Below are positions 46,762 through 58,265 of a DNA stretch of 64,000 bases, one piece after another. How positions within the stretch are numbered: the stretch's first letter is position 1; every line of letters begins with the position of its first letter. The stretch is taken from the sequence record HM035025. The stretch is one strand, 5' to 3'. Made by a program: the position numbers and the translations under genes. The notes beneath the pieces are model-generated. The model had not been told where the DNA came from and made no database searches. It saw nothing but the letters and a program-made list of their open reading frames with translations. Origin of the DNA: Shigella phage Shfl2.

Positions 46762-47387
46762 TACAATAGCTCAAAGAATTCTTTGAGTCCTCTTATTACA
46801 TGAGCGTGAGTTTTTCCACACTCTGGACATTTAATTGGAACAGCCAAATAAACAGTAGGCTTTAAAAGCATATCTTTTATAGCTACAATATCTGACTCTG
46901 TGATGATAGAATATAAATCTTCCAACTCTTTTTCATTTAAGTCTTCAATTGGAATGCTTTCCCCGTTAGCATGAATCGTTTCTATACATGATACTATCAT
47001 GTGGGCTATATTTTTATCATCAAAAATTTTAGGGTAATGGAATTTAATTTTAATGTCACCCAGTGTATACCAGAGGTCTTCTGGTGCATCTATTTGTGTA
47101 TGTAATAGATTTATATGGGTTGGTATTTCAGTTCCACAGGTGCACTTCCAGGAGTTTTCGTGATTAACTTCTCCAAGAGAATGCGCCCATAAATGAATCA
47201 ACAGTAGTTCTGATTCTTGGCGGTTTAAATCTTTTGCATTTGTGCATTCTTTGATTAGCTTTTTAACGATCTCTTCTACTGAACCGTTCTTTTTAGCAGT
47301 AATAAGTTCTAGATATTCTTTAAGAGTAAATGCGCGACAGTTGATTATTTTAGAACCAACTCTCACATCAAATTTGTATTCATACAT
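46761..47387 (-). CDS. 26: Gp26 baseplate hub subunit, 208 aa
   Basis: Length and synteny match T4 gp26. Confidence 0.9.
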   Translation of the reverse strand: MYEYKFDVRVGSKIINCRAFTLKEYLELITAKKNGSVEEIVKKLIKECTNAKDLNRQESELLLIHLWAHSLGEVNHENSWKCTCGTEIPTHINLLHTQIDAPEDLWYTLGDIKIKFHYPKIFDDKNIAHMIVSCIETIHANGESIPIEDLNEKELEDLYSIITESDIVAIKDMLLKPTVYLAVPIKCPECGKTHAHVIRGLKEFFELL

Positions 47388-47408
47388 ATTTAGCTCCTTT
47401 ATTTATCA

Positions 47409-47420
47409 TATTTATAAATA
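47409..47420. promoter_or_regulatory. Divergent overlapping late promoters: TATAAATA on plus (47413-47420, gene 51) and on minus (47409-47416, gene 26)
   Basis: Palindromic-like TATTTATAAATA in the 50-nt gap between genes 26 and 51. Confidence 0.65.
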
Positions 47421-47437
47421 GAATAAAAGGAGCATCT

Positions 47438-48187
47438 ATGGCAAACATTATTCGTTGTAAATTACCAGATGGTGTTCATCGTTTTAAACCATTTACGGTA
47501 GAAGATTATCGAGATTTTTTGTTAGTTCGAAACGATATAGAACATCGGTCACCACAAGAACAAAAAGAAATAATTGCTGATTTAATTGCTGATTATTTTG
47601 GAGACTATCCGAAGACTTGGCAACCATTTATATTTTTGCAGGTATTTGTAGGGTCAATAGGTAAAACTAAAGTACCGGTCACATTTGTATGTCCAAAATG
47701 TAAAAAAGAAAAGACAGTTCCATTTGAAATATATCAAAAAGAATTAAAGGAACCTGTTTTTGATGTAGCTAATGTTAAAATTAAATTAAAGTTTCCTTCT
47801 GAGTTTTATGAAAATAAAGCAAAGATGATTACCGAAAATATTCATTCTGTTCAAGTAGATGAAATGTGGTATGATTGGAATGAAATTAGCGAATCAAGTC
47901 AAATAGAACTTGTTGATGCCATCGAGATAGAAACATTAGAAAAAATTCTCGATGCAATGAATCCTATTAATTTAACATTGCATATGTCATGCTGTAATAA
48001 GTATGTAAAAAAATACACTGATATAGTAGATGTGTTTAAGCTATTAGTTAACCCAGATGAAATATTTACTTTTTATCAAATCAATCACACGCTCGTAAAA
48101 AGTAATTATAGCTTAAATTCAATAATGAAAATGATTCCTGCTGAGCGCGGATTCGTATTAAAACTGATTGAGAAGGATAAACAATAA
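47438..48187 (+). CDS. 51: Gp51 baseplate hub assembly catalyst, 249 aa
   Basis: Length and synteny match T4 gp51. Confidence 0.9.
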   Translation: MANIIRCKLPDGVHRFKPFTVEDYRDFLLVRNDIEHRSPQEQKEIIADLIADYFGDYPKTWQPFIFLQVFVGSIGKTKVPVTFVCPKCKKEKTVPFEIYQKELKEPVFDVANVKIKLKFPSEFYENKAKMITENIHSVQVDEMWYDWNEISESSQIELVDAIEIETLEKILDAMNPINLTLHMSCCNKYVKKYTDIVDVFKLLVNPDEIFTFYQINHTLVKSNYSLNSIMKMIPAERGFVLKLIEKDKQ

Positions 48188-49362
48188 TGAGTATGTTGCA
48201 ACGCCCAGGATATCCAAATCTCAGCGTTAAATTATTTGATAGCTACGACGCTTGGAGTAATAATAGATTTGTTGAATTAGCTGCTACTATTACCACATTA
48301 ACTATGCGGGATTCTCTTTATGGCCGAAATGAAGGAATGCTGCAGTTTTATGATTCTAAAAATATCCATACAAAAATGGATGGAAATGAAATAATTCAGA
48401 TTTCTGTAGCTAATGCAAACGATATTAATAATGTTAAAACACGAATTTATGGATGTAAGCATTTTTCTGTATCTGTAGATTCAAAAGGCGATAACATCAT
48501 TGCTATTGAATTGGGAACTATTCATTCTATAGAAAATCTTAAATTTGGCAGACCGTTTTTCTCTGATGCAGGTGAATCTATAAAGGAAATGCTTGGTGTC
48601 ATTTATCAGGATCGCACGTTATTAACTCCAGCAATAAATGCTATAAATGCTTATGTTCCTGATATTCCATGGACTAGCACATTTGAAAACTATTTGTCGT
48701 ATGTTAGAGAAGTTGCTCTAGCTGTAGGAAGTGACAAATTTGTATTTGTGTGGCAAGACATCATGGGAGTTAACATGATGGACTATGATATGATGATAAA
48801 TCAAGAACCGTATCCAATGATTGTCGGTGAGCCATCTTTAATAGGTCAATTCATCCAAGAATTAAAATATCCATTAGCATATGATTTCGTTTGGTTAACT
48901 AAATCAAATCCTCACAAACGTGACCCAATGAAAAACGCTACTATCTATGCGCATTCATTTTTGGATTCTTCATTGCCAATGATTACTACAGGAAAGGGCG
49001 AAAACTCTATTGTAGTGTCAAGGTCAGGTGCTTATTCTGAAATGACTTATAGGAATGGCTATGAAGAAGCTATTCGTCTTCAAACTATGGCACAATATGA
49101 CGGCTATGCTAAATGTTCTACTGTCGGTAATTTTAACTTGACTCCTAGCGTTAAAATTATTTTTAATGATAGTAAAAACCAATTTAAAACAGAATTTTAC
49201 GTTGATGAAGTTATCCATGAATTATCCAATAATAATTCAGTAACACATCTATATATGTTCACTAATGCAACGAAACTGGAAACAATAGACCCAGTTAAGG
49301 TTAAAAATGAATTTAAATCTGATACTACCACTGAAGAAAGTAGTTCTTCCAATAAGCAATAA
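48187..49362 (+). CDS. 27: Gp27 baseplate hub subunit, 391 aa
   Basis: Length and synteny match T4 gp27. Confidence 0.9.
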   Translation: MSMLQRPGYPNLSVKLFDSYDAWSNNRFVELAATITTLTMRDSLYGRNEGMLQFYDSKNIHTKMDGNEIIQISVANANDINNVKTRIYGCKHFSVSVDSKGDNIIAIELGTIHSIENLKFGRPFFSDAGESIKEMLGVIYQDRTLLTPAINAINAYVPDIPWTSTFENYLSYVREVALAVGSDKFVFVWQDIMGVNMMDYDMMINQEPYPMIVGEPSLIGQFIQELKYPLAYDFVWLTKSNPHKRDPMKNATIYAHSFLDSSLPMITTGKGENSIVVSRSGAYSEMTYRNGYEEAIRLQTMAQYDGYAKCSTVGNFNLTPSVKIIFNDSKNQFKTEFYVDEVIHELSNNNSVTHLYMFTNATKLETIDPVKVKNEFKSDTTTEESSSSNKQ

Positions 49363-49840
49363 AGAAGTTTCTATTCCTAAAATGGGTCTTAAACATTATA
49401 ACATTTTAAAAGATGTTAAAGGCCCTGATGAAAATTTAAAACTTCTTATTGATTCTATTTGTCCGAATTTGTCACCGGCAGAAGTTGATTTCGTTTCTAT
49501 TCATTTATTGGAATTTAATGGAAAGATTAAATCTCGTAAAGAAATAGATGGCTATACTTATGACATTAATGATGTTTATGTATGCCAAAGATTGGAATTT
49601 CAATACCAAGGAAATACATTTTATTTTAGACCGCCTGGAAAATTTGAACAATTTTTAACTGTGAGCGATATGTTATCCAAATGCTTGCTTAAGGTCAATG
49701 ATGAAGTTAAAGAAATTAATTTTCTTGAGATGCCAGCATTCGTTTTAAAATGGGCAAATGATATTTTTACAACTTTAGCAATTCCTGGCCCTAATGGTCC
49801 AATAACTGGAATTGGCAATATTATTGGATTATTTGAATGA
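49307..49840 (+). CDS. 28: Gp28 baseplate hub distal subunit, 177 aa
   Basis: ATG at 49307 overlapping the end of gene 27; length matches T4 gp28. Confidence 0.85.
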   Translation: MNLNLILPLKKVVLPISNKEVSIPKMGLKHYNILKDVKGPDENLKLLIDSICPNLSPAEVDFVSIHLLEFNGKIKSRKEIDGYTYDINDVYVCQRLEFQYQGNTFYFRPPGKFEQFLTVSDMLSKCLLKVNDEVKEINFLEMPAFVLKWANDIFTTLAIPGPNGPITGIGNIIGLFE

Positions 49841-51609
49841 AAAAGCCACAAGAAATGCAAACGATGCGTAGAAAAGTTATTTCAGATAATAAACCAACAC
49901 AGGAAGCGGCTAAATCCGCTTCTAACACTTTATCTGGGCTTAATGACATTTCTACGAAATTGGATGATGCTCAAGCTGCTTCTGAATTAATTGCTCAAAC
50001 TGTCGAAGAAAAATCGAATGAAATAATTGGAGCAATTGACAATGTAGAAAGCGCAGTGAGTGATACTACTGCTGGTTCTGAGTTAATTGCTGAAACTGTT
50101 GAAATTGGCAACAATATTAATAAAGAAATCGGTGAATCGCTCGGAAGCAAATTAGATAAATTAACAAGTTTACTGGAACAAAAAATTCAGACAGCTGGAA
50201 TTCAACAGACGGGAACTAGTTTAGCCACGGTTGAAAGCGCTATTCCTGTTAAAGTTGTTGAGGATGATACAGCTGAATCTGTGGGTCCTTTATTACCGGC
50301 TCCCGAAGCAGTTAATAATGATCCTGATGCTGATTTTTTCCCGACCCCTCAGCCAGTTGAGCCAAAGCAAGAATCACCAGAAGAAAAACAGAAAAAAGAA
50401 GCATTTAACTTAAAATTATCTCAAGCTTTAGATAAATTAACAAAGACAGTTGATTTTGGATTTAAGAAATCTATTTCAATTACTGATAAAATATCAAGCA
50501 TGCTATTTAAGTACACCGTCAGTGCTGCTATTGAAGCTGCTAAAATGACTGCAATGATATTGGCTGTTGTTGTTGGAATAGACCTTTTGATGGTTCACTT
50601 TAAATACTGGTCAGATAAATTTTCAAAAGCCTGGGATCTATTTAATACGGACTTTACTAAATTCTCTAGCGAAACCGGAACATGGGGTCCTTTATTACAG
50701 AGCATCTTTGATTCTATTGATAAAATTAAACAACTTTGGGAAGCTGGAGATTGGGGTGGATTGACAGCAGCTATCGTAGAAGGACTCGGAAGTGTTCTTT
50801 TTAATTTAGGAGAACTTATTCAGCTTGGAATGGCTAAATTATCTGCTGCAATTCTTCGAGTCATTCCTGGCATGAAAGACACTGCTGATGAAGTAGAAGG
50901 AAGAGCATTGGAAAATTTCCAAAATACTACTGGAGCATCTCTCAATAAAGAAGACCAGGAAAAAGTTGCAAATTATCAAGATAAACGAATGAATGGAGAC
51001 CTTGGTCCGATAGCAAAAGGATTAGATAAAATTGCTAATTGGAAAACTCGTGCATCTAATTGGATTCGTGGGGTTGATAATAAAGAAGCACTGACTACCG
51101 ACGAAGAACGTGCAGCAGAAGAAGAAAAATTAAAGCAACTTTCACCAGAAGAAAGAAAAAATGCTTTAATGAAGGCTAATGAAGCCCGTGCCGCGATGAT
51201 TCGTTTTGAAAAATACGCTGATTCGGCTGATATGAGTAAAGACTCAACGGTTAAATCAGTTGAAGCTGCCTATGAAGACCTTAAAAAACGGATGGATGAC
51301 CCGGATTTAAATAATTCACCGGCAGTTAAAAAAGAACTTGCTGCTAGATTTTCTAAAATTGATGCTACTTATCAAGAGCTCAAGAAAAATCAGCCTAATG
51401 CCAAACCTGAAACTTCTGCTAAATCGCCAGAAGCAAAACAAGTCCAGGTAATAGAAAAGAACAAAGCACAGCAAGCTCCTGTTCAACAAGCATCTCCTTC
51501 GATCAATAATACTAATAATGTTGTTAAGAAAAATACTGTCGTTCATAATATGACACCCGTAACGAGCACGACTGCTCCTGGTGTATTTGATGCGACTGGA
51601 GTTAATTAA
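49837..51609 (+). CDS. 29: Gp29 tail tape measure / baseplate hub protein, 590 aa
   Basis: Length and synteny match T4 gp29. Confidence 0.9.
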   Translation: MKKPQEMQTMRRKVISDNKPTQEAAKSASNTLSGLNDISTKLDDAQAASELIAQTVEEKSNEIIGAIDNVESAVSDTTAGSELIAETVEIGNNINKEIGESLGSKLDKLTSLLEQKIQTAGIQQTGTSLATVESAIPVKVVEDDTAESVGPLLPAPEAVNNDPDADFFPTPQPVEPKQESPEEKQKKEAFNLKLSQALDKLTKTVDFGFKKSISITDKISSMLFKYTVSAAIEAAKMTAMILAVVVGIDLLMVHFKYWSDKFSKAWDLFNTDFTKFSSETGTWGPLLQSIFDSIDKIKQLWEAGDWGGLTAAIVEGLGSVLFNLGELIQLGMAKLSAAILRVIPGMKDTADEVEGRALENFQNTTGASLNKEDQEKVANYQDKRMNGDLGPIAKGLDKIANWKTRASNWIRGVDNKEALTTDEERAAEEEKLKQLSPEERKNALMKANEARAAMIRFEKYADSADMSKDSTVKSVEAAYEDLKKRMDDPDLNNSPAVKKELAARFSKIDATYQELKKNQPNAKPETSAKSPEAKQVQVIEKNKAQQAPVQQASPSINNTNNVVKKNTVVHNMTPVTSTTAPGVFDATGVN

Positions 51610-51617
51610 GGAATAAT

Positions 51618-52712
51618 ATGGCAATTGTTAAAGAAATAACTGCTGATTTAATTAAAAAGTCCGGTGAGAAAATTTCAGCCGGACAGAGTACTAAATCAGA
51701 AGTAGCAACTAAAACATACACTGCCCAGTTTCCAACTGGGCGTGCTAGTGGTAATGACACTACAGGGGACTTCCAGGTAACAGATTTATATAAGAATGGA
51801 TTATTATTTACTGCATACAATATGTCATCTAGGGATTCTGGAAGTCTTAGATCGATGAGATCTAACTACTCTTCTTCATCTTCGAGTATTTTAAGTACAG
51901 CTAGAAACACTATTAGTAGTACAGTATCAAAACTATCAAATGGATTAATATCAAACAATAATTCAGGAACAATAAGTAAAGCTCCTGTGGCAAATATTCT
52001 TTTACCGAGATCTAAATCTGATGTTGATACATCATCACATAGATTTAATGATGTTCAAGAAAGTCTTATCAGCAGAGGCGGAGGTACTGCTACTGGCGTG
52101 TTAAGTAATATTGCTTCAACTGCAGTATTTGGTGCGCTAGAAAGTATAACACAAGGTATAATGGCTGATAATAATGAACAGATTTATACGACAGCCAGAA
52201 GTATGTATGGCGGTGCTGAGAATAGAACTAAAGTGTTTACATGGGATTTGACTCCACGTTCAACAGAAGATTTAATGGCTATTATTAATATCTATCAATA
52301 TTTTAACTATTTTTCTTATGGTGAAACGGGTAAATCTCAATATGCTGCTGAAATAAAGGGGTATTTAGATGATTGGTATCGTTCTACGTTAATTGAACCT
52401 TTATCTCCGGAAGACGCGGCTAAAAATAAAACACTATTTGAGAAAATGACATCGAGTTTAACTAACGTTCTAGTAGTTTCAAACCCGACAATTTGGATGG
52501 TGAAAAACTTTGGTGCAACATCTAAGTTTGATGGAAAAACGGAAATATTTGGCCCATGCCAAATACAGAGCATCAGATTTGATAAAACACCTAATGGTAA
52601 CTTTAACGGATTAGCTATTGCTCCAAACCTCCCTAGTACATTTACTCTTGAGATTACTATGAGAGAAATTATCACGTTAAACCGTGCTTCTTTATATGCG
52701 GGGACTTTTTAA
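51618..52712 (+). CDS. 48: Gp48 baseplate tail tube cap, 364 aa
   Basis: Length and synteny match T4 gp48. Confidence 0.9.
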   Translation: MAIVKEITADLIKKSGEKISAGQSTKSEVATKTYTAQFPTGRASGNDTTGDFQVTDLYKNGLLFTAYNMSSRDSGSLRSMRSNYSSSSSSILSTARNTISSTVSKLSNGLISNNNSGTISKAPVANILLPRSKSDVDTSSHRFNDVQESLISRGGGTATGVLSNIASTAVFGALESITQGIMADNNEQIYTTARSMYGGAENRTKVFTWDLTPRSTEDLMAIINIYQYFNYFSYGETGKSQYAAEIKGYLDDWYRSTLIEPLSPEDAAKNKTLFEKMTSSLTNVLVVSNPTIWMVKNFGATSKFDGKTEIFGPCQIQSIRFDKTPNGNFNGLAIAPNLPSTFTLEITMREIITLNRASLYAGTF

Positions 52713-53677
52713 TGTATTCTTTAGAGGAATTTAATAATCAAGCAATAAACGCAGATTTCCAACGTAATAATATGTTTAGCTGCGTTTTTGCGACAACTCC
52801 ATCAACTAAAAGCTCTTCGTTGATAAGTTCAATTAGCAACTTTTCTTATAATAACTTGGGTCTAAATTCAGATTGGTTAGGATTGACTCAAGGCGATATT
52901 AATCAGGGAATTACCACGCTAATTACTGCTGGCACACAAAAACTGATAAGAAAATCAGGGGTTAGTAAATATCTTATTGGTGCCATGAGTCAACGCACAG
53001 TTCAAAGTTTATTGGGCTCATTTACAGTTGGTACATATTTAATTGATTTCTTTAATATGGCATATAACTCATCTGGATTGATGATATACTCTGTAAAAAT
53101 GCCAGAGAATAGATTATCCTATGAAACTGACTGGAACTATAATTCTCCTAATATTCGTATAACTGGGAGAGAATTAGACCCTTTGGTTATTTCATTTAGA
53201 ATGGATTCAGAAGCTTGTAACTATCGTGCAATGCAAGACTGGGTTAACGCTGTTCAAGACCCAGTAACTGGATTGCGTGCTTTGCCGCAAGATGTCGAGG
53301 CAGATATTCAGGTTAATCTTCATGCTCGTAATGGATTACCTCATACTGCTGTGATGTTCACTGGATGCATTCCAGTGTCAGTGAGTGCTCCTGAGTTATC
53401 ATATGATGGAGATAACCAAATAACTACATTTGATGTTACTTTTGCGTATAGAGTCATGCAGGCTGGGTCGGTTGATAGACAAGCTGCGCTTGAATGGCTT
53501 GAATCTGCTGCCATAAACGGTATTCAAAGCGTTCTCGGAAATAGTGGAGGTGTTACTGGACTATCTAATTCGCTTTCACGACTTAGTAGATTAGGAGGAA
53601 CTGCTGGAAGCATTTCAAACATTAATACTATGACGGGAATTGTCAACTCGCAAAGTAAAATATTAGGAGCAATATAA
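52712..53677 (+). CDS. 54: Gp54 baseplate tail tube initiator, 321 aa
   Basis: Length and synteny match T4 gp54. Confidence 0.9.
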   Translation: MYSLEEFNNQAINADFQRNNMFSCVFATTPSTKSSSLISSISNFSYNNLGLNSDWLGLTQGDINQGITTLITAGTQKLIRKSGVSKYLIGAMSQRTVQSLLGSFTVGTYLIDFFNMAYNSSGLMIYSVKMPENRLSYETDWNYNSPNIRITGRELDPLVISFRMDSEACNYRAMQDWVNAVQDPVTGLRALPQDVEADIQVNLHARNGLPHTAVMFTGCIPVSVSAPELSYDGDNQITTFDVTFAYRVMQAGSVDRQAALEWLESAAINGIQSVLGNSGGVTGLSNSLSRLSRLGGTAGSISNINTMTGIVNSQSKILGAI

Positions 53678-53679
53678 CA

Positions 53680-53706
53680 ATGGGGACCTTTCGGTCCCCA
53701 TATTTT
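53680..53706. terminator. Bidirectional terminator hairpin UGGGGACCUUUCGGUCCCCA between gene 54 and alt.-3
   Basis: Hairpin at 53680-53699 followed by TATTTTTATTT. Confidence 0.65.
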
Positions 53707-53996
53707 TATTTACGGAATGAAATAAAAGCAGCAACTGAAGCAACTAAACTGTCTTCAATATAAACTTCAATTTTTACCGGAGCTTCTGACTCAAATTTAC
53801 CTGTTACTACACCTTGGAAAATGCTTTCAGTCTGCTCTGGCTTTGAAAAATTTTCAGAAGGAAAAATTCCGAACTTTTTATCTGTTCCAAAAATTTTGAT
53901 AAATTCATCATAAACTGCTTCATTAAAAGCATTATCAGCAGGAATAACGCCTTCAACTACAAGTTCTTGACCTAAAAAGCGCAAAGAAGATTTCAT
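53706..53996 (-). CDS. alt.-3: Hypothetical protein, 96 aa (T4 alt.-3 position)
   Basis: Track ORF; synteny in the 54-alt interval. Confidence 0.6.
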   Translation of the reverse strand: MKSSLRFLGQELVVEGVIPADNAFNEAVYDEFIKIFGTDKKFGIFPSENFSKPEQTESIFQGVVTGKFESEAPVKIEVYIEDSLVASVAAFISFRK

Positions 53997-54056
53997 TTTG
54001 TGTTCCTCATGTTATGTCAGTAAAATTACTATAACACAACACGAGGGACTTGTAAA

Positions 54057-56114
54057 CTACATCTTGAACTTTTTAGACATTCCGTTGATGTTAACCAAAG
54101 AAGCCAAGATTTGAGAAACTTCGTTTTCCTCTTCTTTTGATTCTTCTACAAGGAATTGATTAAACCCAGCCATTGGACGAACTTCACCAGTTTCCATCAG
54201 ATGATCGCCATCATATACCGATTCTTCTAATTGTTCAGAAGGAGGAACGATTGTGCCTTCGATTAGATACTTGTTATAAGCAGTTTCTTTCATCATGTAC
54301 GTGCTTACTTTATTAATCTTCAACAAAATTCCACGCGGTAAAATAACTTCAGCTTCTGATGGAAATCCTGATAAATGACCTGGAACGATAACTTTGATTC
54401 GCTCAGCCCCTTTAATTACCATACCTACGCTAGTTTCAGCATCTTCATTAGCATATGCAGAATGACTACCCATATGCATTAAATCTTCAGCATCAACGGA
54501 ACCTTCTCCTTCACCAGAAAATACTGCACCGGAATCATCTAGAGCCATATAGTTTTTACCATGCTCACCGAAGATATTTGGTTTAAGCGATGTTGATACG
54601 AAGTTCTTGAAATAGAACATTTTATTTTCAATATTATGACGTAAAGTTTTAAAGGTAACTTCTTGTCCACGGTAAAGTGTAGTTCCCGGAGGAAGAACTG
54701 ATCCTTTGGCGAATGCAGAATCCAGCGTCTCGATGTGTTTAATAGCTCGTTCCATGTATTCTTCACGGGTAGAATCTGGTTTACCCAAGAGGAACGAGTT
54801 CATTTCAACATATGAATCTGCACAATAATCTTCAATTACATCAGACTCAGCCTGAGTCAGTCCTTTTGGAGTTACTTCGGTGCTTGCGTATTCATATGCC
54901 TGAGCAGCAGATTCATTAATCAATTTATAAATGCCATTCATGACAAATTGAATAATAGCTACCTTTTCGTCTGGCGTGGCTTTAGAACCTTTAACTAAAT
55001 CATTGATAATTTTCTTAATAATATCAAAGCTATTAGAAATATTAATGTCAGCGAGATCGCTCAAAATTTTATCGGTTTTATAATCAAAGAATTCTTTATT
55101 CTTTAAATATTCTTGAGAACCTTGATATGTTATATCGCTCTGCAGCTTGATAGATGGATCACGTAAACGTGCATGGGCCAATGCAATATGATTTCGGAAG
55201 CTTTCTAGTTCATAATCATTAGATTTAAAACGAGAAGCACTCCTCATACCACCGATAGCTCCTTTGCCGAAGTTTGAACCAATCTGAATAACGCCAGAGT
55301 TCATTGGTCCTTCTGCTTTATATACCGGAACTTTAGATTCAAACTCTTGATATTTCTTAGCGGCGAAGCTATCACCCTGAAGTGAAGCATCGACAGTAGA
55401 ATATTGAGCTTGTGCTGCTAATCGACGACTAATTTTAGTTTTCTGAATAACAGCTTGATCCGTGCGCTTATCATTTTCTAGAGCAATAGAAGCGGCAACA
55501 GCAACAGCTTTAGGAACAGCATTACCTGTTTTAACGTCTACATAAACATCACCAACCTTTGATTCAACTTTTGTGAATAACTCAGTTGAAATAGGAGGTA
55601 CACCTGGAATGTCTTCTAAATTAGCATTTTTACGATAAACCATAATATATGCATACTTTTTATCATAGTCCCAGATTTCCTTTAAAAGAACATATCGACC
55701 TGCTCCTTTAGTACGTACTAAACGGTCAGCAATAACTTGCATTTGACGAGCAGCGCCATTTGTTTTACTTTTTAGTACGCGGAATAGGCATGCGTCAATT
55801 TTATACTGTTTCATTGTTTGAAGAGCAGTATCAAAAACCGCATTAATGACACCAATTGGATTTCCACCCAAGTTTTTAAGTTTAACTAATGATAGTTTCT
55901 CATTAACACCTATCATTACGATATGCATCATTTTATCGCCTGGCTTAACGTTTTTATTTGTATCACCGCCAGAGGTGTATGTACAAAATCTAAATCCAGG
56001 AAGCACACTTTCTTCACCGGCTTGAATAGCAAAAATTTGAGGTATTTTATGCTTAGGATTTAAGTTAACAACCGGCGCCGAAGCGCCGTCAAATAATTCT
56101 GTAATAAGTTCCAT
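54057..56114 (-). CDS. alt.-2: Alt-paralogue ADP-ribosyltransferase, 685 aa (probable T4 alt.-2 equivalent)
   Basis: N-terminus MELITELFDGASAPVVNLNPKHKIPQIF parallels Alt; C-terminal ART R-S-E motifs (YRGQ, STSL, EAEVILPRG). Confidence 0.75.
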   Translation of the reverse strand: MELITELFDGASAPVVNLNPKHKIPQIFAIQAGEESVLPGFRFCTYTSGGDTNKNVKPGDKMMHIVMIGVNEKLSLVKLKNLGGNPIGVINAVFDTALQTMKQYKIDACLFRVLKSKTNGAARQMQVIADRLVRTKGAGRYVLLKEIWDYDKKYAYIMVYRKNANLEDIPGVPPISTELFTKVESKVGDVYVDVKTGNAVPKAVAVAASIALENDKRTDQAVIQKTKISRRLAAQAQYSTVDASLQGDSFAAKKYQEFESKVPVYKAEGPMNSGVIQIGSNFGKGAIGGMRSASRFKSNDYELESFRNHIALAHARLRDPSIKLQSDITYQGSQEYLKNKEFFDYKTDKILSDLADINISNSFDIIKKIINDLVKGSKATPDEKVAIIQFVMNGIYKLINESAAQAYEYASTEVTPKGLTQAESDVIEDYCADSYVEMNSFLLGKPDSTREEYMERAIKHIETLDSAFAKGSVLPPGTTLYRGQEVTFKTLRHNIENKMFYFKNFVSTSLKPNIFGEHGKNYMALDDSGAVFSGEGEGSVDAEDLMHMGSHSAYANEDAETSVGMVIKGAERIKVIVPGHLSGFPSEAEVILPRGILLKINKVSTYMMKETAYNKYLIEGTIVPPSEQLEESVYDGDHLMETGEVRPMAGFNQFLVEESKEEENEVSQILASLVNINGMSKKFKM

Positions 56115-56117
56115 GAT

Positions 56118-58211
56118 TTATCCTTGAACGAACTTGTAAGGCATGTTTGCAATATCTATGCAAGACGCAATAATTCCAAGAGATGATTCTACTTTTTGTT
56201 TAACATTTGATGAAACAAATGATGCAAAGTCAACTCTGTCTTCTATTTCAATATCACCTGTCATTGCAACTACTTCACCAGTTTCCATTAGACGGTCACC
56301 GTCATAAATTACCGATTCGGTGAGTTCTTCGGTGGTCATAACTTCAGCTTGAATGAGTTTTGTATTATTAGACGTGGTTCCGTCATTATTAGAAGCATCA
56401 GTTATTTTATTAACTTTGACCATCAATCCACGTGGTAGAATAACTTCAGCTTCTGTTGCTATTCCGAGACTTCCTGGATATATAACATTAACTTTATGAG
56501 CTCCATCAATTGCCCATCCTATTTGAACTTTAACGTATTCAGGATTTTCTTTATACGCTCTTATTTCGTTTGGATTAATAGTTATTCCTTCTTCATTTTT
56601 ATCAACTGTCAATTCATTACGAGCTTCTGGTTCTAAAAGACCAATACCAGCATGTGTAATTCCAAAACGTCCAAAAATGATAGGAGTTAAAGAAGTAGAT
56701 ACAAAATTTCTGAAATAGAACACTTTATTTTTAACTAGTGCTTCGTATATAGGAGCAGTCATGCTTTGAGCACGATAAACTGTAATGCCTTCTGGTATAC
56801 GGTCACCATTTTCAAAAGCTGAATCTAAGTTATTTATAGCAGATTCAATTTCTTTTTCACTCATTACATCATATCGTTCTGGATTGTAACGACCCAAAAG
56901 AAGATTATTGATGTCAGTATATCCTGAACCACAATACTCTCTAATGCCGCGCTTTTGTGATGGAGTATATTTAGAACCATCACGGGCAATAGTAATATCA
57001 ATCATTGGACCTGCACCAATTCCAGAAAAACTATAAATCATTCGTTTGAGGAATTTAGTTTTTGCTGCGTTCCAGGAATTTTTAGTTATTTCTTCCCAGA
57101 CTTCATCTGGCTGCCCTTTACGAGTTTTATTATGTTTATCAAGCCATTTATCTTTGTATTCTTCAAAGAATTTATTAACAGCTGCTGCGTATTTCTCTAA
57201 ACATTTTATTGAAGTAGTTGGTTCATTTTTAATCGCATTAAGAATTACATCTTTAATTTTTTCAGAAACTTCATTAACCTCACTTTTTGAAAAGAATTTA
57301 TAGTCATAATGAAGTTCATCTGCAGTTCCTTCAGCAATAATTTTTGCTGCTTTAGTTTTAGAAGCTAATGAATTAATTCCAAGCTTCATTTCTTCTGCTT
57401 CGGGAATTAAAGGAGCGGTAGCAGGTTTATTGAAATTAGCTGCGGTAGATTCATACTTCTGGAATAATTCACTTTCAAATCTAGAAGATTCCAATGATTG
57501 ACTTTGCGCAATTGCTCTACGGGAAATTTTAACTTTAACGATTACAGCTTGGTCAGAACGCTTATCATTTTCTTGCGCAATAGATGCTGCAATTGCCTCA
57601 TTTTTAGTTACTTGGGCTCCAGTATCTTTATTGATATAAACATCACCGACTTTCGATTCAACTTTAGTAAAGAGCTCGGTACTAATTTCCGGAACTCCTG
57701 GAATGTCTTCTAGTGATACATTTTTGCGATGTATAAGAATATATGCATACTTTTTATCATAATCCCAGAGTTCCTTAAGAAGGACGTATCTGCCACCTGA
57801 ACGACTACGGATAAGTCTATCAGCAATAACTTGAATTTGTCGAGCTTGACCAGCAGTTTTAGACTTAAGAATACGGAGCATACAGGCATCAATTTTATAC
57901 TGACGCATAGTTTGCATTGCAACAGTAAAAACTGAATTGATATAATTAATTGGGCTTGGACCAAGACCTTTCAATTTAGCAATTGAACCTTTAGCAGTTA
58001 ATGTAAAAGGAACAATATGCATCATTTTATCGCCCATTTTTAAATCGCGATTAGTATCACCTCCAGATGTATAGGTACATAAACGAAAGCCTGGTTGTTC
58101 AATTGCGTCATCAACATGAACTGAAAAAATTTGTGGTATTTTCTTCTTTGGATTTAAGTTTGTAATCGGAAGAGTAGTATCTTCGTCAAATAATTCTGTA
58201 ATGAGTTCCAT
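56118..58211 (-). CDS. alt: Alt, packaged ADP-ribosyltransferase (modifies host RNA polymerase alpha)
   Basis: Matches recalled T4 Alt N-terminus MELITELFDEDTTLPITNL; ART motifs YRAQ, STSL, EAEVILPRG; second ATG chosen (track 56118..58214). Confidence 0.9.
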   Translation of the reverse strand: MELITELFDEDTTLPITNLNPKKKIPQIFSVHVDDAIEQPGFRLCTYTSGGDTNRDLKMGDKMMHIVPFTLTAKGSIAKLKGLGPSPINYINSVFTVAMQTMRQYKIDACMLRILKSKTAGQARQIQVIADRLIRSRSGGRYVLLKELWDYDKKYAYILIHRKNVSLEDIPGVPEISTELFTKVESKVGDVYINKDTGAQVTKNEAIAASIAQENDKRSDQAVIVKVKISRRAIAQSQSLESSRFESELFQKYESTAANFNKPATAPLIPEAEEMKLGINSLASKTKAAKIIAEGTADELHYDYKFFSKSEVNEVSEKIKDVILNAIKNEPTTSIKCLEKYAAAVNKFFEEYKDKWLDKHNKTRKGQPDEVWEEITKNSWNAAKTKFLKRMIYSFSGIGAGPMIDITIARDGSKYTPSQKRGIREYCGSGYTDINNLLLGRYNPERYDVMSEKEIESAINNLDSAFENGDRIPEGITVYRAQSMTAPIYEALVKNKVFYFRNFVSTSLTPIIFGRFGITHAGIGLLEPEARNELTVDKNEEGITINPNEIRAYKENPEYVKVQIGWAIDGAHKVNVIYPGSLGIATEAEVILPRGLMVKVNKITDASNNDGTTSNNTKLIQAEVMTTEELTESVIYDGDRLMETGEVVAMTGDIEIEDRVDFASFVSSNVKQKVESSLGIIASCIDIANMPYKFVQG

Positions 58212-58234
58212 CATATCCTCTCTAGTGTTTATTC

Positions 58235-58242
58235 TATTTATA
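58235..58242 (-). promoter_or_regulatory. Late promoter TATAAATA on minus strand for alt
   Basis: Plus TATTTATA at 58235-58242, 24 nt upstream of alt start. Confidence 0.65.
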
Positions 58243-58245
58243 AAA

Positions 58246-58265
58246 TTAAAGGCCCGAAGGCCTTT
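58246..58265 (-). terminator. Terminator hairpin AAAGGCC-UUCG-GGCCUUU after alt.1
   Basis: Sequence read at 58248-58265, overlapping the alt.1 stop codon. Confidence 0.55.
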
